Source of the DNA: Thermoproteota archaeon
GTDB taxonomy: Archaea; Korarchaeota; Korarchaeia; Korarchaeales; Korarchaeaceae
Assembly: GCA_027492205.1 (NCBI GenBank)
Contig: JAOZFN010000007.1
Coordinates: 155,278 to 219,277, forward strand
Length of the DNA stretch: 64,000 nucleotides
Direction of reading: 5' to 3'
The notes under the pieces were generated by a model. It worked only from the letters and a program-made list of their open reading frames with translations. It was not told where the DNA came from and searched no databases. A program made the position numbers and the translations under genes. Below are positions 9,137 to 18,202 of this stretch, one piece after another (position 1 is the stretch's first letter; every line of letters starts with the position of its first letter).

Positions 9137-9577
9137 CGCGCCTTCGTTCCTCAATACCGGCGGAGAAGGTGTTATTATCTCCCTCCTCCACCGCCCTCCT
9201 CTGAAGAAGAGGGCGGCCTCCCTAGATGAGACCAGGTATATCGCCAGCAGGGCGAAGACGCCAGCCGCGGGCACGGTCCAGGCCCAGACCCTCCTGACCA
9301 GGAGCAGGTACGCCGACAGGGAGAGCATCGCGACAGCTCCGGAGGGCCGCCCCCACCCGGATCCGGAGAGTACCCCGTAGGCCACTATGGCCGTTATCAG
9401 GGAGGTTGAGATCAGCAGGGCGCCTCCCTTCACGGAGACGGCCGGGGACCCGGGGATCACCTCCCTGGCCATGACCTCGAGGCCGAGCGCCAGGTCCACC
9501 CCCAGGAAGAGCATCAACCCGGAGGCGGCCAAGAGGGCTATCCCCGCCAGGGCGACCCCCTTGGGGATTCCAGCCAT
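9080..9577 (-). CDS. Hypothetical integral membrane protein (~4 TM)
   Basis: Hydrophobic segments; SD GAGGTG; follows prs after 9 nt. Confidence 0.65.
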   Translation of the reverse strand: MAGIPKGVALAGIALLAASGLMLFLGVDLALGLEVMAREVIPGSPAVSVKGGALLISTSLITAIVAYGVLSGSGWGRPSGAVAMLSLSAYLLLVRRVWAWTVPAAGVFALLAIYLVSSREAALFFRGGRWRREIITPSPPVLRNEGASEIESGEVAVEGIEFHQE

Positions 9578-9586
9578 TGGAACACC

Positions 9587-10498
9587 TCACGCGACTCGCC
9601 TTATCTCGGCGGCGAGCTCTGGGATCACCGAGGCCTTGGAACCGGCCCACTCCAGGGTGTCGGTGGCGACGATCACGTCCCCGCCAGCACCCAGTATCCT
9701 GTCCAGCGCACCCTGTGCAAGGACCGGGTGGACAAACGCCGAGAAGACCCTCCTGGCCCCCATCCTCCTGGCGGCGGCTATCGCGGCCGCCATGGTCCCG
9801 CCGGTGGACACGATGTCGTCGACCACGACCACATCCCTCCCGGTGAGGTCAAACTCCTTGACGGTCATCCTGATCTCCCCGGTGTCTCTGTCCCTCTCCT
9901 TCACGAAAGACGTGTAGTCACTTGCCTGAACGTGGTTGGCGAACTCCTCGGCCCAGATTATGGCCTCCTCGTCGGGGCCGACTATGAGGGGATCGCTCAA
10001 GTCGAACCTGCCGACCTCTCTGGCGAGCGCCGGGATCCCGCTCACGTTGACGCCGGGTATCTCGTCGAAAAGGTCCCCAAATCTCTTGAGCCTGTGGAGG
10101 TGAACGGTGACGCTCAGGACGGCGTCAGCCCCTGCGTGGTAGAGGAGGTCTGCAACGTACTTCGAGCTCAGAGGTTCGCCGGGCCTGAAGATCTCGTCCT
10201 GCCTGGCGTACGGGAAGTAGGGGATCGCCGCGATCAGGCGGCCCACCTTGAACTCTCTCTTCAGGTTCCTGAGGGTCAGCAGGACCTCCACCAGGTAATC
10301 GTTGGGCCTGCAGGCGGCCGCCTTCATTCGGAGGGCCAGGACCACCGTCTCCCCCCTGAGGACCTGCTCGGACCCCGCGAGGATTCTGGGCTGAAGCTCT
10401 CCATCTGGAAAGGTCCTTCTGGCGAGGAACACCGTATCAGCGGTCAGTTCAGATGCAAGAGACTTGGTGAACTCGTCTTCCGGTCCGACCACCAGCAT
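9587..10498 (-). CDS. prs: Ribose-phosphate pyrophosphokinase
   Basis: FPDGE, PYFPYARQD, GPDEEA, VDDIVSTGGT, ATDT. Confidence 0.95.
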   Translation of the reverse strand: MLVVGPEDEFTKSLASELTADTVFLARRTFPDGELQPRILAGSEQVLRGETVVLALRMKAAACRPNDYLVEVLLTLRNLKREFKVGRLIAAIPYFPYARQDEIFRPGEPLSSKYVADLLYHAGADAVLSVTVHLHRLKRFGDLFDEIPGVNVSGIPALAREVGRFDLSDPLIVGPDEEAIIWAEEFANHVQASDYTSFVKERDRDTGEIRMTVKEFDLTGRDVVVVDDIVSTGGTMAAAIAAARRMGARRVFSAFVHPVLAQGALDRILGAGGDVIVATDTLEWAGSKASVIPELAAEIRRVA

Positions 10499-10566
10499 GA
10501 TGGATCTCGAAGTCTCGCATCCTCAGGGATTAATGGTTTCCCGAGCAAGACTACCCACATGAAGGG

Positions 10567-11415
10567 GTGACCTTTCCGTTGAGGGGCGAGTTTGAGAGCG
10601 CCGAGGAGCCGCGGACCAGCGAGGGTGAGATGTACCACGTCGCACTCGGACCTGGGGACGTCAGGAGGTACGCGCTCCTCCCGGGAGACGTAGAAAGGGC
10701 GGAGAAGATAGCCGCAGAGTGGGAAGAGCGTAGGCTCGTGGCGAAGCACAGGGAGTACGTCACTTACGTGGGCAGATACAGGGGCGTGGACCTGATGGTC
10801 ACGTCCACGGGCATCGGGGGGCCGGCCGCAGCGATCGCGGTCGACGAACTCTCCAGGCTCGGCGTGGACACCTTCATCAGGGTTGGGAGCACGGGGACCA
10901 TCAGGCCGGAGGTCGAGCTGGGAGATCTCGTGATCCCCCTAGGGGCAGTAAGGCTGGACGGCGCCAGCGCGCAGTACGTCAGGCCCGAATACCCCGCGGT
11001 GGCTCACTACGAGGTTGTGATGGCCCTCGTGGAGGCCGCCGAGTCGCTCGGCTACAGGTATCACCTGGGCCTCACGGCGTCGACGGACAGCTTCTACACC
11101 GGACAGGGGAGGCGAGGGTGCTGTGGATACTGGCAGAGCTGGATGGATAGCATTATTCCCGATCTGCAGGCCGCTGGCGTCGTCAACATCGAGATGGAGG
11201 CCGCCACGATCTTCACGCTGGCCTCGCTGTTCGGGAAGAGGGCCGGAGCCATCTGCGCGGTCTACGCGCAGAGGTTGAGAGATGAGTTTGCCATAGCGGG
11301 GGAGAGAGAGGCCATAAAGACGGCAAACGAGGCCGTCAAGATTCTCGCCGAGTGGGATGAGGTGAAGAGGTCTGCCAACAAGAAGCACTTCTACCCGGGG
11401 CTGCTCCGGAGGTGA
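10567..11415 (+). CDS. udp: Uridine phosphorylase
   Basis: LLPGD..R, HREY, STGIGGP, RVGSTG, DSFYTGQGR, EMEAA. Confidence 0.92.
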   Translation: MTFPLRGEFESAEEPRTSEGEMYHVALGPGDVRRYALLPGDVERAEKIAAEWEERRLVAKHREYVTYVGRYRGVDLMVTSTGIGGPAAAIAVDELSRLGVDTFIRVGSTGTIRPEVELGDLVIPLGAVRLDGASAQYVRPEYPAVAHYEVVMALVEAAESLGYRYHLGLTASTDSFYTGQGRRGCCGYWQSWMDSIIPDLQAAGVVNIEMEAATIFTLASLFGKRAGAICAVYAQRLRDEFAIAGEREAIKTANEAVKILAEWDEVKRSANKKHFYPGLLRR

Positions 11416-11419
11416 GGGT

Positions 11420-12331
11420 TTGACCAGAATAGTCGCCGTGGGAAACGCAAACGTGGACATCGCCGTCTTCCTCTCAGAGATACCCGGACCGGACGAGGAT
11501 GTGGACGCGGATTCCGTGGCGCTGGGAGTCGGGGGAAGCGCGTCCAACTTCGCCTCTACGTGCGCCATGCTGGGGGAGGAGACCTCGATCGTCGCCGTGG
11601 TCGGCGGCGATCCCCTCGGCTCCTTCTACCTGGAGGAGATGGCCAAGAGGGGCGTGAACACCAGACTCATCGAATTGAGGGCCGACTCGCAGACCGGGTT
11701 CGTTGTCATTCTCAACTTGGCTGGATCTCAGAGGAGGATGATCCGATACCGCGGCGCAAACCTCCTGCTCGCTGACGATGTTCTCACTAGGCGCGGCGAG
11801 GCTCTGAGGTCGGCCGAGGTCGTACACACGTCCAGCGTGAGGCCGGCTGTGGTGCGGGCCCTCATCGAGATGGGGCTCAGGCCCTCGTGGGACCCCGGCT
11901 GGACTGCCGTCAGCCGGTACAAGGAGGAAGTACTCGAGCTCATGGAGACGGGTCAGATCCTCCGCGCGTTCTTCAACGAGAAGGAACTAAGGGAGTTGAC
12001 TCGGTTAGATGACCTGAGGGAGGGTGCGGCTTCTATTCACGAGAGGGGGGTGGAAGAGGTGGTGGTTAAGAGGGGGAAGGCCGGCAGCTCGGCCCTAACC
12101 TTAGGAACCTGGTACGAGGCCCCCGCCCTGCGGGTGAAGGCCGTAGACACCACGGGCGCCGGGGACGTGTTCGACGGGGCTTACACGGTCGCCAGGCTGA
12201 GGGGGCTGAATCCTGGAGAGGCCCTGAGGGCGGCAAACTTCGCCGCCGGAAAGACTGTGGAGGTTCAGGGGGCTGTAAACGGCCTACCTTCGTGGAGCGA
12301 GATCCGGTCGTTCCTCAGCGAAACGAAATAG
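11420..12331 (+). CDS. PfkB/ribokinase-family kinase
   Basis: GNANVD, GGSASN, NEKE, VDTTGAGDVF. Confidence 0.9.
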   Translation: MTRIVAVGNANVDIAVFLSEIPGPDEDVDADSVALGVGGSASNFASTCAMLGEETSIVAVVGGDPLGSFYLEEMAKRGVNTRLIELRADSQTGFVVILNLAGSQRRMIRYRGANLLLADDVLTRRGEALRSAEVVHTSSVRPAVVRALIEMGLRPSWDPGWTAVSRYKEEVLELMETGQILRAFFNEKELRELTRLDDLREGAASIHERGVEEVVVKRGKAGSSALTLGTWYEAPALRVKAVDTTGAGDVFDGAYTVARLRGLNPGEALRAANFAAGKTVEVQGAVNGLPSWSEIRSFLSETK

Positions 12332-12396
12332 GGTTGCTCCAGCTGGAGCAGGTCCATGTGTAAAAGGTTTAGAAAAATCCGTAGAGGTCTCGCGGG

Positions 12397-13590
12397 GTGT
12401 TCGGGTTGCCGGGTTTCGCCGATCGAATGTCCAAGTTGGGGGTCGAGGGTGCCTTCATAGTACTCGCCAGGGCCAAGGAACTCGAGAGGCAGGGAAAGAG
12501 GATCATCCACTGTGAGATAGGCCAGCCCGACTTTGACACGCCGGCCCACATCAAGGAGGCCGCCAAGAGGGCCCTCGACGAGGGGTTCACTGGGTACACG
12601 CCATCAGCTGGTATAATGGAACTCAGGGAGGCCATAGCCGAGTATGTCTCGAGGACGAGGGGCATAGAGGTTACCCCAGATCAAGTCGTCGTCACCGTGG
12701 GCGCCAAGATCGGGATATTCTCGGCGCTCATGGCGTTCGTGAACCCTGGTGAGGAGGTAATCATTCCGATGCCCGCATACCCGTCCTATGAGAGCGTCAC
12801 GGAGTTCGTGGGCGGGGTTGTGAAGCCTGTGGTGCTAAAGGAGGAGAGGGAGTTCTCGCCCAGCGGCGAGGAGATAGCTGAAGCCGTCACAGACAAGACC
12901 AAGGTCATCGTGATCAACACGCCATCCAACCCGACAGGCGGGGTCTACAAGAGGGAGGACCTGGAGGCCATCGTAGAGGTCGCCAAGGAGCACGATCTCT
13001 GGATAATCTCCGACGAGATCTACGAAGACATCATATTCGACGGAAAGAAGCACGAGAGCATCCTTTCGATACCCGGCGCAGAGGAGAGGGCCGTCATGCT
13101 CAGCGGGTTCTCTAAGACCTACGCAATGACCGGTTGGAGGCTCGGCTACGTGGTAGCCCCCAAGGAGGTCGCCGACAAGATCACCAAGATCCAGCTCAAC
13201 ACGGTCTCCTGCCCCGTCTCCTTCGTCCAGAAGGCCGGCATCGCCGCGCTCAAGGGGCCCAGAGATGAGGTCGAGGTGATGGTCCGGGAGTACGAGGAGA
13301 GGAGGGACCTCCTCTACAGGGAGATCAACAGGATACCTGGCTTCAGCATGATCAAGCCCGCCGCCACGTTCTACGCCTTTCCGAACGTCAAGAAGCTCGG
13401 TGTGAAGTCAAAGGAGCTCGCCACCATGCTCCTAGAGGGGGCCGGCGTGGCGCTGCTCCCCGGAACCGACTTCGGCGCTCCGGGGGAGGGCTACCTGAGG
13501 CTCTCATTCGCCACCTCGAAGGAGAACCTGATGGAGGCCATGGAGAGGATCAGAGCGTTCGTTGAGGAGAAGTTCCCAAACGTTTCCTGA
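12397..13590 (+). CDS. Class I/II PLP-dependent (aspartate-type) aminotransferase
   Basis: IGQPDFDTP, NTPSNPTG, DEIY, SKTYAMTGWRLG. Confidence 0.93.
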   Translation: MFGLPGFADRMSKLGVEGAFIVLARAKELERQGKRIIHCEIGQPDFDTPAHIKEAAKRALDEGFTGYTPSAGIMELREAIAEYVSRTRGIEVTPDQVVVTVGAKIGIFSALMAFVNPGEEVIIPMPAYPSYESVTEFVGGVVKPVVLKEEREFSPSGEEIAEAVTDKTKVIVINTPSNPTGGVYKREDLEAIVEVAKEHDLWIISDEIYEDIIFDGKKHESILSIPGAEERAVMLSGFSKTYAMTGWRLGYVVAPKEVADKITKIQLNTVSCPVSFVQKAGIAALKGPRDEVEVMVREYEERRDLLYREINRIPGFSMIKPAATFYAFPNVKKLGVKSKELATMLLEGAGVALLPGTDFGAPGEGYLRLSFATSKENLMEAMERIRAFVEEKFPNVS

Positions 13591-13689
13591 TCCCTCCCTC
13601 CCCCTCTTTATCCCGCGTGAATGCCGGCGGGGGGCTTCTCGGGTCGGGGCCCTACGTCTCTGAGGGAGTCGCCTGCCTCAGACTGATAC

Positions 13690-14199
13690 CTATATGCGCA
13701 GGATCTCGGCCGAGAGGTCCTCTGTGTCCAGGATGGCGATTGTTCTGTCCCCCGTAAGGCACCCGCAGGCCTCTCCCGGATTGAGCACGAGCGCAGAGCC
13801 GATCCGCGTGACTTCCGGCTCGTGAGTGTGACCATATAGGACGATCTCGTAGTCTCCTGAACCCGCCAACAGGCGGGCCACGGTCTTCGTCAGCCCAAGC
13901 GAACCGAAGCCGTGAAACAAGATTGCCCTCCTGTCTCCGAGCCACGTCTCAACGGGAGACGGGTGGAACGTCACATCCCCCTCGAGCGCGTCGAGGGCCA
14001 GCTTGAACTCGGCCTCGTTGTTTCCCCTCAGAAGCAGCGTGGGGATCCCACTGTTGATTATGGGTTTCAGCGAGAAGGGGGAGACCAGATCACCCAGGTG
14101 AACGACCTTGTCTACCGCCCTGGCCGCAAACATCTGGTAGGCGACCTCTATCGCCTCGAGGTCGTCGTGCGTGTCCGAGATGACTCCCACGAGCAACAT
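13690..14199 (-). CDS. YfcE/MJ0936-family metallophosphoesterase
   Basis: SDTHD, HLGD, GNN, FHG, GHTH, NPGE. Confidence 0.9.
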   Translation of the reverse strand: MLLVGVISDTHDDLEAIEVAYQMFAARAVDKVVHLGDLVSPFSLKPIINSGIPTLLLRGNNEAEFKLALDALEGDVTFHPSPVETWLGDRRAILFHGFGSLGLTKTVARLLAGSGDYEIVLYGHTHEPEVTRIGSALVLNPGEACGCLTGDRTIAILDTEDLSAEILRI

Positions 14200-14237
14200 T
14201 CAACCCCCCGACGGAGAGCTCTCGGGGAAGAGCCGCG

Positions 14238-14564
14238 CTACCTGGTGAGGCGGGAGAGCCCCTCGGCTATCTCCATCACGGCCGACTCCACTGACTTCTT
14301 AGAGGTCTCATGCGCTATTATGCCCCTCGACTCGATTATGTCCCTGCTCTCAGGGTCCATCTCACCTGAGATTATGGCTCCGCAGTCCTTGAGCACATCC
14401 AGCGCTGAGGTCGCCCCCTGCCCCCTCCTGGTGTTCACCCTGAGTTCAACCCTGGTGGGGCTCTTGCCCGTCAGGTCGTATATCGCAAAATACCGGGCCT
14501 GGTAAAAAGGCCCCTCCTTAACCTCAGACCCGTCATCGGTAGCTACTGCAACTCTGATGGGCAA
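14238..14564 (-). CDS. NifB/NifX-family (Fe-Mo cofactor-binding-like) small protein
   Basis: RVAVATDDG, F..ARYF.IYD, C..IISG pattern. Confidence 0.75.
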   Translation of the reverse strand: MPIRVAVATDDGSEVKEGPFYQARYFAIYDLTGKSPTRVELRVNTRRGQGATSALDVLKDCGAIISGEMDPESRDIIESRGIIAHETSKKSVESAVMEIAEGLSRLTR

Positions 14565-14641
14565 AACCCTGAACCTCCCTCGGGTGTATCTACTGGGACC
14601 GCGCGGGCGTGGTCACTCAAATAAATTGATGTGGTTCATGC

Positions 14642-15679
14642 TCAGGACTCCAGCAGCTCCGAAATTCGCCTAAGGAGGGTCTCTAGTTGCTGGGCCCTCA
14701 CGGCGGCCTCTACAAATCCTCCAGATCCGAAGTAGCTCCCCTCCAGGTCCAACATCGAGAGGTGAACTAAGGAGGGCAGGTCCTTGCGCTGGGCGCGGGA
14801 TCTCAGGGAAACGACGGCCATGACGTCGTCCGAGTACACTGCTCCAGCCACATCTCTGCCCGATGAGAGACTATCTGCGGCGGCGTGCCGTATCCTCGGA
14901 TCTTCTACCGGAATTACGAGAAGGCTCTGAGAACTAATCAGCGGCTTCGCTTGAACTAGATCGCCCAAAATCGCCTTCCCTCGATCTGCCAGACCAAGTA
15001 GGGCCTTAGACAACGGGTATCTGCCCCCTAGGAGGCAGGTGGGATCCTCAAAGCATTCCTCCAGGGCTGCAACCCCGAGCACCACCCCCGACTCGGGATC
15101 CCCGGCCACCGCCTCCAGCAGAGTTTCATACACCCGGGAAACGACACCCTCGCCCTCTCTCGACGTCTCAGCGTGGGGGCTGATCTCACATCTCGCGCCA
15201 GGTTCCAGGCAGCCTATTCTGCCCACCCACAGGTCGGGCGGCAAATCGGGGCAGAGGTACTGAGCCACGGTCATCGCCACCCGCGACGCGGGCAGCGGAG
15301 GAAGTCCCGACCCCAAGGGATTCAGCCTGAGAACTCTAGCCGGGATTCGGGGTCGATCAATCTCGTAGTGATCTATCACGAGAACCTGACCCCACAGCTG
15401 CTCGGCAACCTCGATTGGACCGGGCCCGGCGGGAATAAGATCGACGAGGACGAGTGCAGAATCCTCTGCGAAGGCCTCCTCGACGACTGAGAGCAGCTCT
15501 TCTGGAAGCGCCGGTCTCAAGGAGACTCCGACTCCCTGCTCCGAGATGGCCCTTCGAAGCAGAGCCGTTGCCGCCATCGAATCGGGCCAGGGGCCGTGGA
15601 CTAGGAAGGCGCTGTCGACCTCGTCCAGCACCTCTGCAAACATCCTGGCCCAGGAGGCGATGGGACTACTACTCGCCAA
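14642..15679 (-). CDS. DHH/DHHA1-fold protein (RecJ/GAN-like), catalytic motifs degenerate
   Basis: VHGPWPDSMAA replaces HxDxDG; LVLVDL; VIDHY replaces DHH; NP; SLRS...GSGGFVEAA (DHHA1-like). Confidence 0.6.
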   Translation of the reverse strand: MASSSPIASWARMFAEVLDEVDSAFLVHGPWPDSMAATALLRRAISEQGVGVSLRPALPEELLSVVEEAFAEDSALVLVDLIPAGPGPIEVAEQLWGQVLVIDHYEIDRPRIPARVLRLNPLGSGLPPLPASRVAMTVAQYLCPDLPPDLWVGRIGCLEPGARCEISPHAETSREGEGVVSRVYETLLEAVAGDPESGVVLGVAALEECFEDPTCLLGGRYPLSKALLGLADRGKAILGDLVQAKPLISSQSLLVIPVEDPRIRHAAADSLSSGRDVAGAVYSDDVMAVVSLRSRAQRKDLPSLVHLSMLDLEGSYFGSGGFVEAAVRAQQLETLLRRISELLES

Positions 15680-18143
15680 CCCTCTCCCACCTCAAGGCGG
15701 CCCAGAGCAGGAGGACCGAGGAGGTGAGCAGTGTGATCGTCAGAGGGACTATCGGATCTAGCTCTCTGCGGGGGGCCGCCTCCAGCTGGCTCAACTCATC
15801 CTCGACCTCCGAGAGGGTGTTGGCAGCGGATTGATAGTCTCCCGCCTCGATCTGGCTCTCTGCGCGGTTCAGCGCGTCCTCCAACTCGCCTAACCCGGCC
15901 GGTGAGGTGGCCCAGGGCAGGAGTGACCGCTCGCGAAGGGTTCTAACTCTCCTCCTGAGTTCCGTGAGCAGGCCTATGAGCTCCTCCCGGGTCACGCCGG
16001 CCCTCTCGACGATCCTTATCCTGAGGGGGTCTCCCGCGATTATCGTGTTGTTCACGGTGACCACCACGGGCAGCAGGTATGATCCGGGTTCGCCACCGGC
16101 CCTCAGGGTGATCCAGACCGTTCCAGGAACGGGAAACTCGAGGGTAAGGTTGTCTCGAAGGGTTCCGTTCGATGCGACCACCGTGAATCCATCGGGGAAC
16201 CTCGCGACGGCCACACCTGCCGGGCCGCCCACCCGAAGGGACACGTTCACCAAGCTACCTGTGAAAGCCCTCAATGGACCCATGGCGGCGTAAGAGTGAG
16301 GAATCGCTCCCACGGTGACGTTCACCGTCCTTCTCTCTATGACCCTCCCCCAGGGAAACGTGCCCTCTACAGCTATGTGAACAGGAAACCTGCCCGGCCT
16401 GTCCGACGTCATTTGAAGGCCAACGTTGAGGGTCTCGTTGGGTGATACCCTATCTACGTGGTGCGTCAACGAGCCGGAGACCGAGAAGTTCCTTGGAACT
16501 GTGACGTTTAGATCCACGTTTTTGGCCGGGGCACCGAATCTAATCGTGAGAGTCAGGTTAAACGGTATCAGGGGTAGAGCCTCCTCTGGGAGGTCCACCC
16601 GTAGGGTCAGAGGGGTTTTCAGGATGTGGACCTCAATCGGACCCACAGTCGGTTCAAGGATGAGACCAAACGCCTCATCGCACACTCTGGAACTCGCCAC
16701 AACTCTGTATAGGCCTGGGGACAGATTCAGCTCGACTTGCGTTATCCCCGCAGAATCCGGACCGAGCACCGAGAAGGACGGGGGGAATGTGAGGTTGGCC
16801 CCATCCACCGTGACAAGGGTGGAGTTAACTGTCATATTCCTGTCGCCCCTGTTAAGGAGTTCGAAGATCAACCTGACCGCGTCCCCTGCTCGGGCGTAGA
16901 CATCAGACCCGTTGAGGCAGATCAGCTGCACAGAAGGCAGGATGCCTATCCCTCTCTCAATCGAGAGGACCGTGGTATCGTTTAGAGATATGTGGGCGCC
17001 TATGGACCCGGAGGCGCCGTGGTCAAGGTGGGGCAGGGCTATGCTGATTGGCAGCTCTCCTGGCCCAGCGTCTGGGAGTGCCAGAGACGCCGACAGAGGT
17101 GGATCCGTGAGGTACATGGTAACGTTTAGGCCACCGTGTCCCGACAATTGGAGTGTTGCTTTGATTTCTGAGCCAGCGACGGCTGGAGCTTCTGGGAGTT
17201 GGAGGCTCGCGGCCCTCTCGCTTGGAAGGGTCAGCCTCAGTCTGTAGGCCACCCTTCCGTCGACCACGACCTTGTACGTTTTCACGCTAGCGTTTGCGGG
17301 GACGGAGATTAGGGCTGCCCACTTCCTTTGAAGTTCGGGCGACAGTATCCTGACTACCTCCTCTGATGGCAACCTCACTGCGATGAACTCGAAGCTCGGG
17401 TTGAAGGATATCTCACCGGTTACGGGGATCGCTCGGTTTAGCACGTAGGCGCCGGCGGTCCCTGCGATGCCCGTGCATATGAGAACGTAAGATCCTTCGT
17501 CGGAAGCGTACCAAACCTCGGCTCCAGCCCTAGAGATGGAAAGAACACTGTAGCGCCCGAGGGCTCCACTCCTCAGTCTGTACAGATAACCCCTGTTCAC
17601 GTCCAAGAACAACCAGGCACCCGTCTCATTATCGAGGGCGCCGTGGAGGATTACCTCATCGTTCCCTTCTGCCAAGACCAGCGTACCATTAGCTTCTGTG
17701 AATGTGAAGTTCTCCACCCTGGATTCGAATTTTGCCACCATGGGGTCCTCCGCTAAAATACCGGGCGGGATCACTAGCAGGTCTCCCACTCGGAGAGACC
17801 CGTTAAGCTCGTATTTCTCTCCATACATCACTTTCGGTTGTTCAAAGGCCATGAGAACCGCCCAAAGACCCCTAGAGATCTCGACCGGTCTCCATGCCTC
17901 TGTGATCTCTCCGCGCTCCCTTAACTCAATGTGATACATCTCCGAGACCTCAACCTTGGCCCCAGGGACGTCCGTCTCAGCCGATCTGGCCGGACCGGAG
18001 AGCGGGATCATGACGAGAGAGCCAGGAAATGCCACCAAGTCGGCTGACTCAGGCTGGCTTTGGGCAAGAGTCGGTGCGGGAGAGAGGAGGATCGCGAGAA
18101 CAGTCAGAAGTGCTGTGAACGCAAATCTCCTTGTGGACCCCAC
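15669..18143 (-). CDS. Large secreted, C-terminally membrane-anchored surface protein (Ig/CARDB-like repeats)
   Basis: Signal peptide, many N-x-S/T sequons, beta-rich repeats (LLNRGD), helical stalk and C-terminal TM helix. The start may be 18143 or 18164. Confidence 0.75.
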   Translation of the reverse strand: MGSTRRFAFTALLTVLAILLSPAPTLAQSQPESADLVAFPGSLVMIPLSGPARSAETDVPGAKVEVSEMYHIELRERGEITEAWRPVEISRGLWAVLMAFEQPKVMYGEKYELNGSLRVGDLLVIPPGILAEDPMVAKFESRVENFTFTEANGTLVLAEGNDEVILHGALDNETGAWLFLDVNRGYLYRLRSGALGRYSVLSISRAGAEVWYASDEGSYVLICTGIAGTAGAYVLNRAIPVTGEISFNPSFEFIAVRLPSEEVVRILSPELQRKWAALISVPANASVKTYKVVVDGRVAYRLRLTLPSERAASLQLPEAPAVAGSEIKATLQLSGHGGLNVTMYLTDPPLSASLALPDAGPGELPISIALPHLDHGASGSIGAHISLNDTTVLSIERGIGILPSVQLICLNGSDVYARAGDAVRLIFELLNRGDRNMTVNSTLVTVDGANLTFPPSFSVLGPDSAGITQVELNLSPGLYRVVASSRVCDEAFGLILEPTVGPIEVHILKTPLTLRVDLPEEALPLIPFNLTLTIRFGAPAKNVDLNVTVPRNFSVSGSLTHHVDRVSPNETLNVGLQMTSDRPGRFPVHIAVEGTFPWGRVIERRTVNVTVGAIPHSYAAMGPLRAFTGSLVNVSLRVGGPAGVAVARFPDGFTVVASNGTLRDNLTLEFPVPGTVWITLRAGGEPGSYLLPVVVTVNNTIIAGDPLRIRIVERAGVTREELIGLLTELRRRVRTLRERSLLPWATSPAGLGELEDALNRAESQIEAGDYQSAANTLSEVEDELSQLEAAPRRELDPIVPLTITLLTSSVLLLWAALRWERVGE

Positions 18144-18202
18144 GGCGCACCACCGGCGCCACACAGAAATTTAAAGCGAGGGAGTAGGCGCCTTAGGTTT
18201 CC

